From an uncultured Alphaproteobacteria bacterium (GTDB taxonomy: Bacteria > Pseudomonadota > Alphaproteobacteria > Micavibrionales > Micavibrionaceae), in contig CAXBOT010000001.1 in the NCBI GenBank assembly GCA_963977495.1, positions 801,264 through 865,263 of the forward strand: a DNA stretch of 64,000 nucleotides, in the 5' to 3' direction. Positions 9,272 to 18,357 of this stretch are shown piece after piece. The stretch's first letter is position 1; each line of letters begins with the position of its first letter. Both the position numbers and the translations under genes were made by a program. The notes below the pieces were generated by a model. It was not told where the DNA came from and searched no databases. It worked only from the letters and a program-made list of their open reading frames with translations.

Positions 9272-11350
9272 TCACGGGTTCACTTTTAGAACTGCAGAAC
9301 CGGTATTTTCTCCATACAAATTTGGCCCCTGACTATCGTAAAGACCTGCTTCCTGATTATCCCTAAAGATAACGGGGTGATCGTTAAGCCCTTCAAATTT
9401 CGAAGCAGGCAAATATATCGACCAAGGAAATGAAACGTTCATATCTACATCCAATTTATAATCAAGAGGTAAACCGACACTTAGTGGTGCTATCGTGTTT
9501 TGAAAATTTTGCCAATCTAGAGGGCCTGCAGGATTATTGATTGTTGGCTCAGTAAAATTATGTACTGCCCCCCCTGTCATGTTTAGGGCTCTATCCATTT
9601 CCTCTCGGCTTGGCCCAACGTATCCAGCACTATGATTAGTCTGCTCAAGCCCCTCAACAGGTTCCCCTCCAAACGTATTCCTGAGATATTCACGCAGAAC
9701 TTCTGGCTTCTCTCTAAGGTCATTTTTTGCACTGATCAGTTCATAGCGCGGATTTGGTTCTCGAGAAATGATTGGATCATCATACAGAGGCTGAATATGA
9801 GCATCCAATTTCTGTTGAGCGTAAGATAATTGCGATATTAAAGGATGCAATTCATCGCGTTGATGTGGCGCCGTTTGCGTTGCCATATCAATTAAAATAT
9901 CTTCTGGCATCAGAGATAATAATTTATTACCCGCATATTCATTACTCAATACTCTAGCAAATTCAGTGCGATGTGCATTTTCAGCAATATTAAGATCAAG
10001 TACAGCCTTGTCCTTTTCTGCTTGTGTCGGTGGCGTTGGTTCATTAATCGGCCCTAACCTACTCCCACCCCAGATGGTTCGCTGTGTATAATCAACCTGC
10101 ACTTGCGCCGTGTTTAAGGCCTGAGCAGTACGCCACAAACTGTGTAATGCAGGGTCTACATCCGCTATTTTATCAGGCATAATATCTACAGCACTCTGCG
10201 CAAATTGTGCACCTAAAGATTTCTCATCAAACATGCTCATTCCTAGAGCTTCATGTACTTCAGGTTTAAGATTATGCCTGATCGAAAACTCTGCAAATTC
10301 TTCCTTCGCATAATTCTCAAGAAGTGGTGTTGTAAGAATAAATGCGGGGCCTTGAGAAACAACGTTTTCTGCTAATAGCTTATGTTCTATGTCTTTATTT
10401 AATTCAATATATTCATCATAGGCTTCTTGCGTCATTAGCCCCTGCTCTAAAAGGTTTTTAGCAAGGTCGCGTTGAGCTTCATGCGTGTGCGTAATCGCAT
10501 ATAAAACGCCAGCCCCCACTGCGACGCCACCAACCAAAGTCATTTTGGCGCCTTTGCTTAAACTCTTTGTTGCAGTTAAAGCCTCGCGTAGTGTTCTTAC
10601 ACCTTTGTAAGCATCGCGAATTTCTGTAAGCGCACTCACCTTCTTTGCAGCTTGCAAAGCTTCCGCCGATTGCGCTGCCTCTTGCGCAACTTTAGCGTCA
10701 TATCTACCTATCATCCCAGCTAGCTTTTCATCGCTTAGCAGATTTTCCAACTGCTTTGCATCAGGCAAAATATCGTCAGCAGGTATATCCTTAGGCCCCC
10801 CCCAATCATAAATATTAAAAACTGCACGGCCTTCACTCTCACTAATAATAATATTACCGGCACTTAAATCTTTATGCGTTATCTTTAATTTATTCATTTC
10901 TTCAACACCAGCACGCAGACCATTCCAATCAGGAGACATGTTCTCCAAATCTTTCAGGGTGACTGTTGATGATCCTAGTCGAGGATCTATTATTGACTGT
11001 AAATCTGGTCCATTAGCTTTCTCCATAACGAGAGCATGGCCATTTTTGAGATGTTCACGTGAAATAGGCGTTGATATAGGTGAGTCTTTATTCAACGCGT
11101 CCGAAAGATCCTGAATAGCTTTATCCGACAATTCTGAAACATCAAAATCGTCTGAAATAACCCTGGGAATATTAACAGCACTGTTGGAGGCCTTACGTAT
11201 TTCATAAGCGTGATCGCTAGCCTTTTGAGCCATATGGGCTTCTTGAGGTTCTACATTGAATTTTATAATTACTTCTTCACCAGTAACCGAATTTTTGAAT
11301 GTATGAACAGGATGCCCTTCGCTTTTAACGTATTCATATTCTTCTGGCAT
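9272..11350 (-). CDS. large hypothetical protein with N-terminal protein-kinase-like (PKL) domain, one predicted TM helix and a long uncharacterised C-terminal region
   Basis: EEVIIKF (beta3 Lys), HAYEIRK (alphaC Glu), LVMEKANGPDL hinge, ITHKDLSAGNIII (HxDxxxxN catalytic loop), NIYDWGG (DFG/IDW equivalent). Hydrophobic MTLVGGVAVGAGVLYAI around aa 270. AT-rich gene. Confidence 0.7.
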   Translation of the reverse strand: MPEEYEYVKSEGHPVHTFKNSVTGEEVIIKFNVEPQEAHMAQKASDHAYEIRKASNSAVNIPRVISDDFDVSELSDKAIQDLSDALNKDSPISTPISREHLKNGHALVMEKANGPDLQSIIDPRLGSSTVTLKDLENMSPDWNGLRAGVEEMNKLKITHKDLSAGNIIISESEGRAVFNIYDWGGPKDIPADDILPDAKQLENLLSDEKLAGMIGRYDAKVAQEAAQSAEALQAAKKVSALTEIRDAYKGVRTLREALTATKSLSKGAKMTLVGGVAVGAGVLYAITHTHEAQRDLAKNLLEQGLMTQEAYDEYIELNKDIEHKLLAENVVSQGPAFILTTPLLENYAKEEFAEFSIRHNLKPEVHEALGMSMFDEKSLGAQFAQSAVDIMPDKIADVDPALHSLWRTAQALNTAQVQVDYTQRTIWGGSRLGPINEPTPPTQAEKDKAVLDLNIAENAHRTEFARVLSNEYAGNKLLSLMPEDILIDMATQTAPHQRDELHPLISQLSYAQQKLDAHIQPLYDDPIISREPNPRYELISAKNDLREKPEVLREYLRNTFGGEPVEGLEQTNHSAGYVGPSREEMDRALNMTGGAVHNFTEPTINNPAGPLDWQNFQNTIAPLSVGLPLDYKLDVDMNVSFPWSIYLPASKFEGLNDHPVIFRDNQEAGLYDSQGPNLYGENTGSAVLKVNP

Positions 11351-11475
11351 TGTTCAAATCTCTTCTTATCTTTATTATTTAGTATGCTTCAAAATAATAC
11401 TTAACAGGAGCTTTTTGCAACATATTGCTCACCGCGCCTCATTATACAAAATACTATAGTAACCCTTGAAACGGA

Positions 11476-11487
11476 AGCTCACATTAG
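11476..11487. repeat. right arm AGCTCACATTAG of the 12-bp inverted repeat bracketing the kinase-like gene
   Basis: Sits in the loop of a CTTGAA...TTCAAG hairpin (11465-11497) in the kinase gene upstream region. Confidence 0.6.
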
Positions 11488-11552
11488 TAACTTCAAGCGT
11501 AACATGCTTCAGACTATCGTCACTTTTGCGATGCCGCCCCCGAAACCTATAA

Positions 11553-11987
11553 TCAATTAAAAATCATATTACATTTTTTCGTAGCGCTGTTTTTATAAAG
11601 ATTTAAGTCTTCAAATTCAGCGCTGTCACGCGCAATAATTCTCCCGAAAATGAAAATATTCTGCGCATCCCAAGCCGTGGAGCAATTAGCCCCCACCTGA
11701 AACGTCTTTGCATCCGCAGCAATAAGGCGCACTGCCATGTTATTCGCATTGGGCATAGGCTTATAATAAACATAGTTTTTATCTTTGGCATATTCATGGC
11801 TCAGTTCTTGAAATGACCCGTTATCACATCCTTGGATTACCTTTTCATCCGTATTATAGGGCAGTATCGAAATACTGCCGCCCATCCATTCGCCGCAATT
11901 TCTATCACCATTACGTGCATACACCGCCCCAGCATAGAACAACATTACGAGCATTATTGGCACTGTCATGATTTTCAATTTATTCAT
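11553..11987 (-). CDS. secreted DKNYY-family protein
   Basis: Signal peptide MNKLKIMTVPIMLVMLFYAGAVYA; AKDKNYVYYK motif characteristic of DKNYY repeats. Confidence 0.65.
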   Translation of the reverse strand: MNKLKIMTVPIMLVMLFYAGAVYARNGDRNCGEWMGGSISILPYNTDEKVIQGCDNGSFQELSHEYAKDKNYVYYKPMPNANNMAVRLIAADAKTFQVGANCSTAWDAQNIFIFGRIIARDSAEFEDLNLYKNSATKKCNMIFN

Positions 11988-12069
11988 AGATACGCTCCTT
12001 CACAGCGCCATATTTATGGACCCCTTACAAAGGGTATCATCACAAAACACTATATAGGAAATTGATACG

Positions 12070-15000
12070 CTATTTAATCTTCTTCAAATATTCTTCCGGC
12101 ATTGTTTTGAGATGAAGATCACGCTGTGGGAACGGGATTTCAATACCATGCTCGGCAAGCTTCTGGCTTATGGCGTTGTTAAGCGCATGGGTCACAGGAA
12201 GGCGCTGCGCCGTGGAGGGTACAAACGCCCTCACCTCAAAATTAAGCGCGCTATCGCCAAAGCCTGTGAAGAATACGCTTGGAGGCGGTTCGGTCAGGAC
12301 ATTTTCGGTCTCCAACAGAATGTCACTCAAAATCTTATGAACAAGAACTGTATCCGACCCATAAGCCACACCAATAGGAAGCAAAAGACGCGTAATTGGG
12401 TTATTGAGGGTCCAGTTGGAAACGTTCTCGGTAATAATGGATTTATTCGGCAACATAATTTCCCGATTATCCCAATCTGTAATCGTCGTTGCACGAATTT
12501 GTATCCGCGTCACTGTTCCGCTTGCCGAACCGATTGTGACAGTATCACCAATGCGAATTGGCCTTTCAAACAGAATGATCAAACCGGAAATAAAGTTGGC
12601 AACAATTTCCTGTAAACCAAATCCCAAACCAACCCCCAGAGCAGCGACAATCCACTGTAACTTCGACCAATCAATACCGATTTGATGTGAGAAGAAAAGC
12701 ACGCCAAACGCAAACACCATATAGCCCGTGATGGTTGTCATGGCAAAGCGTGTTCCCGCGTTGTTTGACAGACGTTGGAACAAGCTGGCGGCAAACCCAC
12801 CGCGCATATTACGCGCGATATGAATAGTCACGGCAAAAACGCCAAGGCCGAATATAAGATTCCAAAGCGTTACAACAGATAAGACTTCACCGGTTTCAGG
12901 ATTGACCGCGCGCTGCCACAATACAATTTCGTCAACAATGCCAAGCGCAGGCACAAGCGGGCTCCACAATGTCCAAAGACCATAAGCAAACAGAGTCATA
13001 GAAATGCCAAACAATACAGTTCGGGATTGATCAATCATTTCATCAAGATCGGGGCCGTGATCGATTTCAATATTCGGCACAGCATCCCCGCTTGCCTCGG
13101 CGGTTTGAATCTCGGCGCGTTTTGTCTCGGCCTCTTCACGTCTGGCCAATGCCTGTTTGAGTGCAAGGCGGCGGTGTGAAACAAGCATGTGACGCATCGC
13201 AAGCCCATAGAGAACAGCGCATAAAACAAAAAGCAAACCCGTCATAAAGTTTTTCGATTGAATTTCCACGGCGGTATCGAAATATCCAAAAATCGGCGTT
13301 ATACCCGTCAAAATTGGTAAAGCAACAACAAGAGGAAACGTTATTTTTGTAATCCATCCATATTTTTTCTTTTTAGGGCTCTTTTTATTTTTTGAGACGG
13401 CTCTGGGATGAAAAACGCGATAGGCAAACACGCCCATACCCAGTGAGGCAATAACAAAAGCAACAAACCCAATACCATTTTCAACATTGATGTTGCCGCT
13501 GGACATAGCCAGTGTAAAGAAGAAGGTGGTTATGCTTTGAACAATGAAAAACCAGTTCAGATTCTTGCGAAGAATGTTGCGACCTTCGTTACTCCAGCCA
13601 TAATGCGCGTCAAACAATCCCTTTTTGCGGCACATAACGCGCGGCACAAGAAGAAAGAACATCACAGAGGAAAGCGCGGTGAGCGCCGTTGACAGTAATT
13701 CAGGGAAGCTATTCGGCCCCTCAGAGGCTGCCCCCAGAAGGGTTGCGAAACCAAAGACAAGCAACGGCCACGGTAACGCCAACAAAATTGAAAGCAATAA
13801 CGCGCGCGGGGTCAGGCTGAATGTATCTGTGCCGACTTTTCCGACTTTAGAGGCAAGATATTCAAGGCGTTTTTTAAAAAACGTCCGCGAACCAATAAGC
13901 AGCCCGAATGAGAGAATAAAAAACAGACCTATACCGACAGACGACAAAAACGAGCCGTAAATAACGTTGGCCACTTGCTTCCATTTCTCAGGATCAACCA
14001 ACCACACCACACCGGGCACAATTTGTGTAGACCATTTCAGGCTCAACGGATCACTGTTCGGAAGCCAGACCAAACGCCGATCAATCAAAGAGGACAGCGA
14101 CGTTGTTTTACCAAGAAGCTCTTGCCGCAATGTCAGAACTTCAATGAGCAAGTTACCGTAAGCTTCACTTGTTTCAATAAGGGAGCTTAATATGTTTTCA
14201 CGAAAAGCATCTGTGGCTTCACTTGTGTTGGCCGCTTCTGCGCTTTTACGGATTTGCTCGCGCCATAAAATCTGATTGAGCTGATTGCTGATCTGCGCTT
14301 TTCGCACTCTGTCTATGCGCTGCATAATTGCGGATGCTTTTGGTAAGTCAGCACGAAGCCCGCGCAAAATTTGCCCAAGTTCATCACTGAGCGCACCCGT
14401 ATCGAGGATTTGCACGACAGTGCGTTCATCCGCCTCTATTTTTTTAATCGATTGGATTAATCCTCGTTGGTTTTCCTGTGTCTGACTTTTGGCAGAAGAA
14501 AGCGTATCAAGGGCTTGCGCTAAAACCAGATCAACTTGCGCCATTTCTTGCATTTCAAGCGGCGCATCCTTAGCTTGAGCCAAGCGTAATTGCGCTTCGG
14601 TTACAAAATCATTGGCCTCCCCTCTCAACGTCTCACTCATCTTGCTCTGGATTGCTTCAAGATAAAGCTCGTTCAATGATATTTTAGCTTTAGCCAGCTC
14701 TATACGCGCCGTGGAAATAGATTGTCGGGTCGTTACGGTTTTGAGCTCTCGCTCCAATGCATCAATACGAACAGCGAGTTTGTCTTGCGTGCTTTTTTCA
14801 AGAGCGCGCCGCGCGACCTCCAGCTTGGATAATGTTTGATCGTCGAATATGGGGGCGTTGCTTTCGGCGTCATTCAACTGCTTGCGCACAGTACTCAGCT
14901 CTTTGGAAATCTCATCAGGGCGGCGTCTGAGCGCATCTAGTTTTGCTTCTGATGCACTAAGCTCTGCACGTAAGGCGGAATTTTTAGACTGCAAGATCGG

Positions 15001-15372
15001 CCCTTGGTTCCTTATCTCGGCTGCGGACATGCCGGAATAAAATTTACCTGAAACAAACTTATTTGAAGCGTCTTTTGTTTCTTTTAACTCTTGCTTGATG
15101 CCCTCAATTGTTTTTGTGGCGTTGCTTACTGCGGCTTCGAAGGCCGTAATGTCATCACCAATTTGCTTCGCCTGACTAAGATTGGCTTTAGCAGCGCTCA
15201 AAAGTTGTTCTATCTCGGTTCGCTCGGCTTCGGATAAAAGCGGATCACTCGGCAGAGACGCTATTTTCGCATCGATTTGAGGGATCGTCAGATTTTCTGT
15301 TTGCGCCCCGACATGGAGAGAAAACATGAAAATTGTGAGGAGGAAAACAGTAGAATGAAATAAAATGCGCAT
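12070..15372 (-). CDS. mscK: mechanosensitive channel, MscK/KefA-type (MscS superfamily) with periplasmic coiled-coil domain
   Basis: ATG at 15372 gives signal-like MRILFHSTVFLLTIFMFSLHVGA; ~450 aa coiled coil; multiple TM helices; MscS core GLGFGLQEIVANFISGLIILFERPIRIGDTVTIG. Confidence 0.9.
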   Translation of the reverse strand: MRILFHSTVFLLTIFMFSLHVGAQTENLTIPQIDAKIASLPSDPLLSEAERTEIEQLLSAAKANLSQAKQIGDDITAFEAAVSNATKTIEGIKQELKETKDASNKFVSGKFYSGMSAAEIRNQGPILQSKNSALRAELSASEAKLDALRRRPDEISKELSTVRKQLNDAESNAPIFDDQTLSKLEVARRALEKSTQDKLAVRIDALERELKTVTTRQSISTARIELAKAKISLNELYLEAIQSKMSETLRGEANDFVTEAQLRLAQAKDAPLEMQEMAQVDLVLAQALDTLSSAKSQTQENQRGLIQSIKKIEADERTVVQILDTGALSDELGQILRGLRADLPKASAIMQRIDRVRKAQISNQLNQILWREQIRKSAEAANTSEATDAFRENILSSLIETSEAYGNLLIEVLTLRQELLGKTTSLSSLIDRRLVWLPNSDPLSLKWSTQIVPGVVWLVDPEKWKQVANVIYGSFLSSVGIGLFFILSFGLLIGSRTFFKKRLEYLASKVGKVGTDTFSLTPRALLLSILLALPWPLLVFGFATLLGAASEGPNSFPELLSTALTALSSVMFFLLVPRVMCRKKGLFDAHYGWSNEGRNILRKNLNWFFIVQSITTFFFTLAMSSGNINVENGIGFVAFVIASLGMGVFAYRVFHPRAVSKNKKSPKKKKYGWITKITFPLVVALPILTGITPIFGYFDTAVEIQSKNFMTGLLFVLCAVLYGLAMRHMLVSHRRLALKQALARREEAETKRAEIQTAEASGDAVPNIEIDHGPDLDEMIDQSRTVLFGISMTLFAYGLWTLWSPLVPALGIVDEIVLWQRAVNPETGEVLSVVTLWNLIFGLGVFAVTIHIARNMRGGFAASLFQRLSNNAGTRFAMTTITGYMVFAFGVLFFSHQIGIDWSKLQWIVAALGVGLGFGLQEIVANFISGLIILFERPIRIGDTVTIGSASGTVTRIQIRATTITDWDNREIMLPNKSIITENVSNWTLNNPITRLLLPIGVAYGSDTVLVHKILSDILLETENVLTEPPPSVFFTGFGDSALNFEVRAFVPSTAQRLPVTHALNNAISQKLAEHGIEIPFPQRDLHLKTMPEEYLKKIK

Positions 15373-15548
15373 GTAATAATTGTTCTCTTTGTTCACTATA
15401 TTTACTAGCAGTATCGCAGGATTATACAAGCCTCAATCCGAAACGGTAGCCTTCTGGATTTCATATTGAACGATTGGCGCCTTTGAAGAAAAGAGCGCAA
15501 CGTGCAGGATAGTGCCGCCCCCGCCCATACTTTGTAAAACTGATTTTT

Positions 15549-15578
15549 TTTACATAACTTTGCGTCACCAGCTATAAT
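15549..15578 (+). promoter_or_regulatory. sigma70-like promoter (TTTACA-18 nt-TATAAT) for small ORF 15607
   Basis: TTTACA 15549-15554, TATAAT 15573-15578, AGGTGA Shine-Dalgarno 7 nt before the ATG. Confidence 0.4.
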
Positions 15579-15606
15579 CAACTTTAAACAATTTAGGTGA
15601 AATATC

Positions 15607-15807
15607 ATGAGTGATAAAAGTATTCTCGTAAGCGCTATTCTCGGTGTAGGGATGTCAATTGCAACAGCATTTGCCGGTGCGGACGCTGCCGACAAATACA
15701 TTGAGCAAAGAAATGCCGCCGATGATAATATTGAATGTGTTCAAGATGCCATCCCCCATGAGGATGCTGCCATGCAAAAAGGCTGCGAAAGCGACCTAAC
15801 ACTCTAA
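15607..15807 (+). CDS. small secreted protein (66 aa), hypothetical
   Basis: Good promoter and RBS; signal-like SILVSAILGVGMSIATAFAGA; two Cys in mature part. Confidence 0.45.
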   Translation: MSDKSILVSAILGVGMSIATAFAGADAADKYIEQRNAADDNIECVQDAIPHEDAAMQKGCESDLTL

Positions 15808-15972
15808 ACTAATTTAGAAACTAAGCCCGACTACAACCCATTAAATCTATAGATGCCTCTCAGGCGGCCGGATGTTTGGCTTTCACCGCCTTCGGCTGCT
15901 CTAAACTCTATATCGGTTGAAACATTGACAGAATCACTGACGCTAAAAAGCGCGCTTCCGGTGCTTATGCCC

Positions 15973-16884
15973 TTAAGCGACTCCGGGAATCTCGGCATTC
16001 ATATGGATGACTTCAGCTTCTTCATCCGTTACCAAATCACAAAATAAGACATGGTCGGCGAAGTTGCCCACTTCTTGTCTTTGGAAGTCAGCCATCAACA
16101 ATACAACGAGGCTCGTATCCCGATCATCATTATCTGCATGAGTTTGATCCGCGTATTCGGGATGGCTCCAGTCCTGACGAAGGCCCAAATGATTAAAAAC
16201 CTCCGAGCGCGTATTTTTATCCATTTCATAATACACCATCTGGAACGTTTCCACGCCGCCTTTAAGCTCTTGCGGCGAACATTCCATCACAATAGATTTA
16301 GCGGTTCTTAACTCATCCATAGCGTGCGCCACGGATTCACTCGTGATGCTTGATATGTCCGCATCGAAGGATACGCCTTCAAAAACGGCGAGTTGTGCTT
16401 CTGTAAAGGAAAGCCCTGCTTTTTGACAGGTGACATAGCGCCCCTCTTCCGGCGTGCTGAAATGCCCGAACTCCAGCTTATCTCTCGGCACAGGATCGCA
16501 CATCATATCTGCGGATTTCTTGTAACGATTTGTTTCCAAATTCACCAGATTTTGACCGGATTGCGCTTGCTCAATCTCTTCTTCGATTTTATGGCCATTA
16601 AGGTATTTATCATAATCTCTGTGATTGCCGATAAATAACGGAATAAAAGTATCATCGTCGCCCTTCGCCATTACAACGCGGGGACCGCCGGGGGCGTTAT
16701 TACCTAAAACACGAAAAGAATAAGCATCTTTGGTCATCAAACGATTGAGGCGCGGATGATCATCTCCCAACCCGTTTTCAAAAAAACGCTCGATGCTTTC
16801 AATTGCTTTATCATTGATCGCGCTGTAAGGCCGCCCAAAAGACGTTAAAAGGTCACCGAACTTCTGTTGTACTTTTATTTCCAC
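15973..16884 (-). CDS. hypothetical protein; N-terminal ~95 aa resemble RelE/ParE-superfamily toxins, fused to an unknown acidic ~200-aa domain
   Basis: GTG start; KFGDLL...AIESIERFFEN...AYSFRVLG...PRVVMAKGDDDTFIPLFIGNHRDYDKYL follows the RelE/ParE pattern (xRxR...R-i-y...il-vg-H-x-d-Y). Confidence 0.55.
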   Translation of the reverse strand: MEIKVQQKFGDLLTSFGRPYSAINDKAIESIERFFENGLGDDHPRLNRLMTKDAYSFRVLGNNAPGGPRVVMAKGDDDTFIPLFIGNHRDYDKYLNGHKIEEEIEQAQSGQNLVNLETNRYKKSADMMCDPVPRDKLEFGHFSTPEEGRYVTCQKAGLSFTEAQLAVFEGVSFDADISSITSESVAHAMDELRTAKSIVMECSPQELKGGVETFQMVYYEMDKNTRSEVFNHLGLRQDWSHPEYADQTHADNDDRDTSLVVLLMADFQRQEVGNFADHVLFCDLVTDEEAEVIHMNAEIPGVA

Positions 16885-16907
16885 GTTTTTTTAAATGGAC
16901 CTTTTAC

Positions 16908-17402
16908 TCACATCAACTCAAAATCATTGTCTGAATGATTATGATGGGGTCCATCCCCCTCTTTTTGCTGATTACGACCAGCATTATTATTTAATTTATT
17001 ACTATGTTCCCGCCGAGCATCTGCCATGAACCAACCATGTTCATCTTTCATGTCCGCTAACAAATAAAACGTCAACCTACTCGCTTTTAGTTGGTCTTCC
17101 TCGCCCCCAATACTCAAATCGTCTAATGCGTCACGCATTTTTAATAAGGATGGGTGCAATTGATCGTCATAATTCACAACATCAGAATCGTGCACATTAT
17201 CATTCATAAACTCAACAAGCTCATCGCCATTATTAAATGATTTCAGATAGCCGACCATCTCAGTATAACCGATATCATTGCCTAAATAATTCCGAATGCT
17301 AAGCGCATATTCCTGTTGGAGACTGTCATCCATCCCCCCCAACATCATAAACGTTTTGTCGCGTAATTCCAAATAACCGTATTCCATTGTACCATTCTGC
17401 AT
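16908..17402 (-). CDS. hypothetical acidic protein (164 aa), upstream partner of 15973-16884
   Basis: 23-nt gap to next gene, same strand; no recognisable motif; His/Asn-rich tail. Confidence 0.55.
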   Translation of the reverse strand: MQNGTMEYGYLELRDKTFMMLGGMDDSLQQEYALSIRNYLGNDIGYTEMVGYLKSFNNGDELVEFMNDNVHDSDVVNYDDQLHPSLLKMRDALDDLSIGGEEDQLKASRLTFYLLADMKDEHGWFMADARREHSNKLNNNAGRNQQKEGDGPHHNHSDNDFELM

Positions 17403-17494
17403 TGTTATATTCGGCCAGCCGAATGTTCCATTGGTTCATTTATACTTAAATAAAAAACCAAAAGACTTATTCATTTTAACCATAATTCTGTTGT

Positions 17495-18271
17495 TTAACG
17501 CAATAATTTTGAGAATAAAGGTATAAGTGTCATCCTCAAATTATGTTTGGGCGCGGGCCCTGATGAATCAACACGCAACATTTGGTTTGCATCAACCAAC
17601 TGAAATCCATTAATCACCTGATCGCTTTCCTTACCGCGGATATCCTTTTGCGGGATAGCGACAATAATGCCTTGCTCTTTTTCAAGATCAAAATGGCTTG
17701 CCCAGTTTTCCGCATCATCTATGGTCGCCTGACCGCCCTCTTGCCCATAAACCAGCACCATGATTTCGATAACCTTGTCGTTGGGCAGGCTCACTTCATC
17801 TTCCATACCGCCATTAAAGACGTCGATTTTATTGCCCGCATCGCGTAACACAGCGTCAAACGGCTCTGCCATGTCATCGACATCCTTCGTCACACCATAC
17901 GCACCAGACAAGCCCGAGCCAGCCTGCGCTTGTGATTTGGGAGACGACATATCAAGAAAACTGAGCACGATAACCTTGCCCTTATAATCCGATAATTTAA
18001 ACGTCTTGCCGTCATGATCAATCAAACTGATTTCAGGATAGGGTTTATTCATATGGGCAGGCCACGGATCAGGAATATTTTCATTCAAAGGTTTACCAGC
18101 CGCCAGCTTCGCAAGGTCTTCCTTTTGCTGCTCCAAAATCTGTGCAATTTCTTCAGGTGACTTTTTGGTCGCCTCAATACGGATGACAGAAATAAACATC
18201 AATATAAAAAGCAAAGAGAATAATACTTTCAATGAGATGTTAATGATTTTATTAACTTTTTCCCGTTCCAT
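17495..18271 (-). CDS. membrane-anchored thioredoxin-fold (TlpA/redoxin-like) protein lacking the CxxC pair
   Basis: Start taken at MEREKVNKIINISLKVLFSLLFILMF (TM anchor). ISLIDHDGKTFKLSDYKGKVIVLSFLDMSSPKSQAQ aligns with the TlpA/AhpC pattern but has SSPKS where WCxxC is expected. Confidence 0.65.
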   Translation of the reverse strand: MEREKVNKIINISLKVLFSLLFILMFISVIRIEATKKSPEEIAQILEQQKEDLAKLAAGKPLNENIPDPWPAHMNKPYPEISLIDHDGKTFKLSDYKGKVIVLSFLDMSSPKSQAQAGSGLSGAYGVTKDVDDMAEPFDAVLRDAGNKIDVFNGGMEDEVSLPNDKVIEIMVLVYGQEGGQATIDDAENWASHFDLEKEQGIIVAIPQKDIRGKESDQVINGFQLVDANQMLRVDSSGPAPKHNLRMTLIPLFSKLLR

Positions 18272-18357
18272 AGAAAACCTTTCTGAAATACCGGACAAGC
18301 GAAGAATTTTGTTTTTCAACTGTTCAAGATAAGCACAAAACGTGTATATTCTCAACT

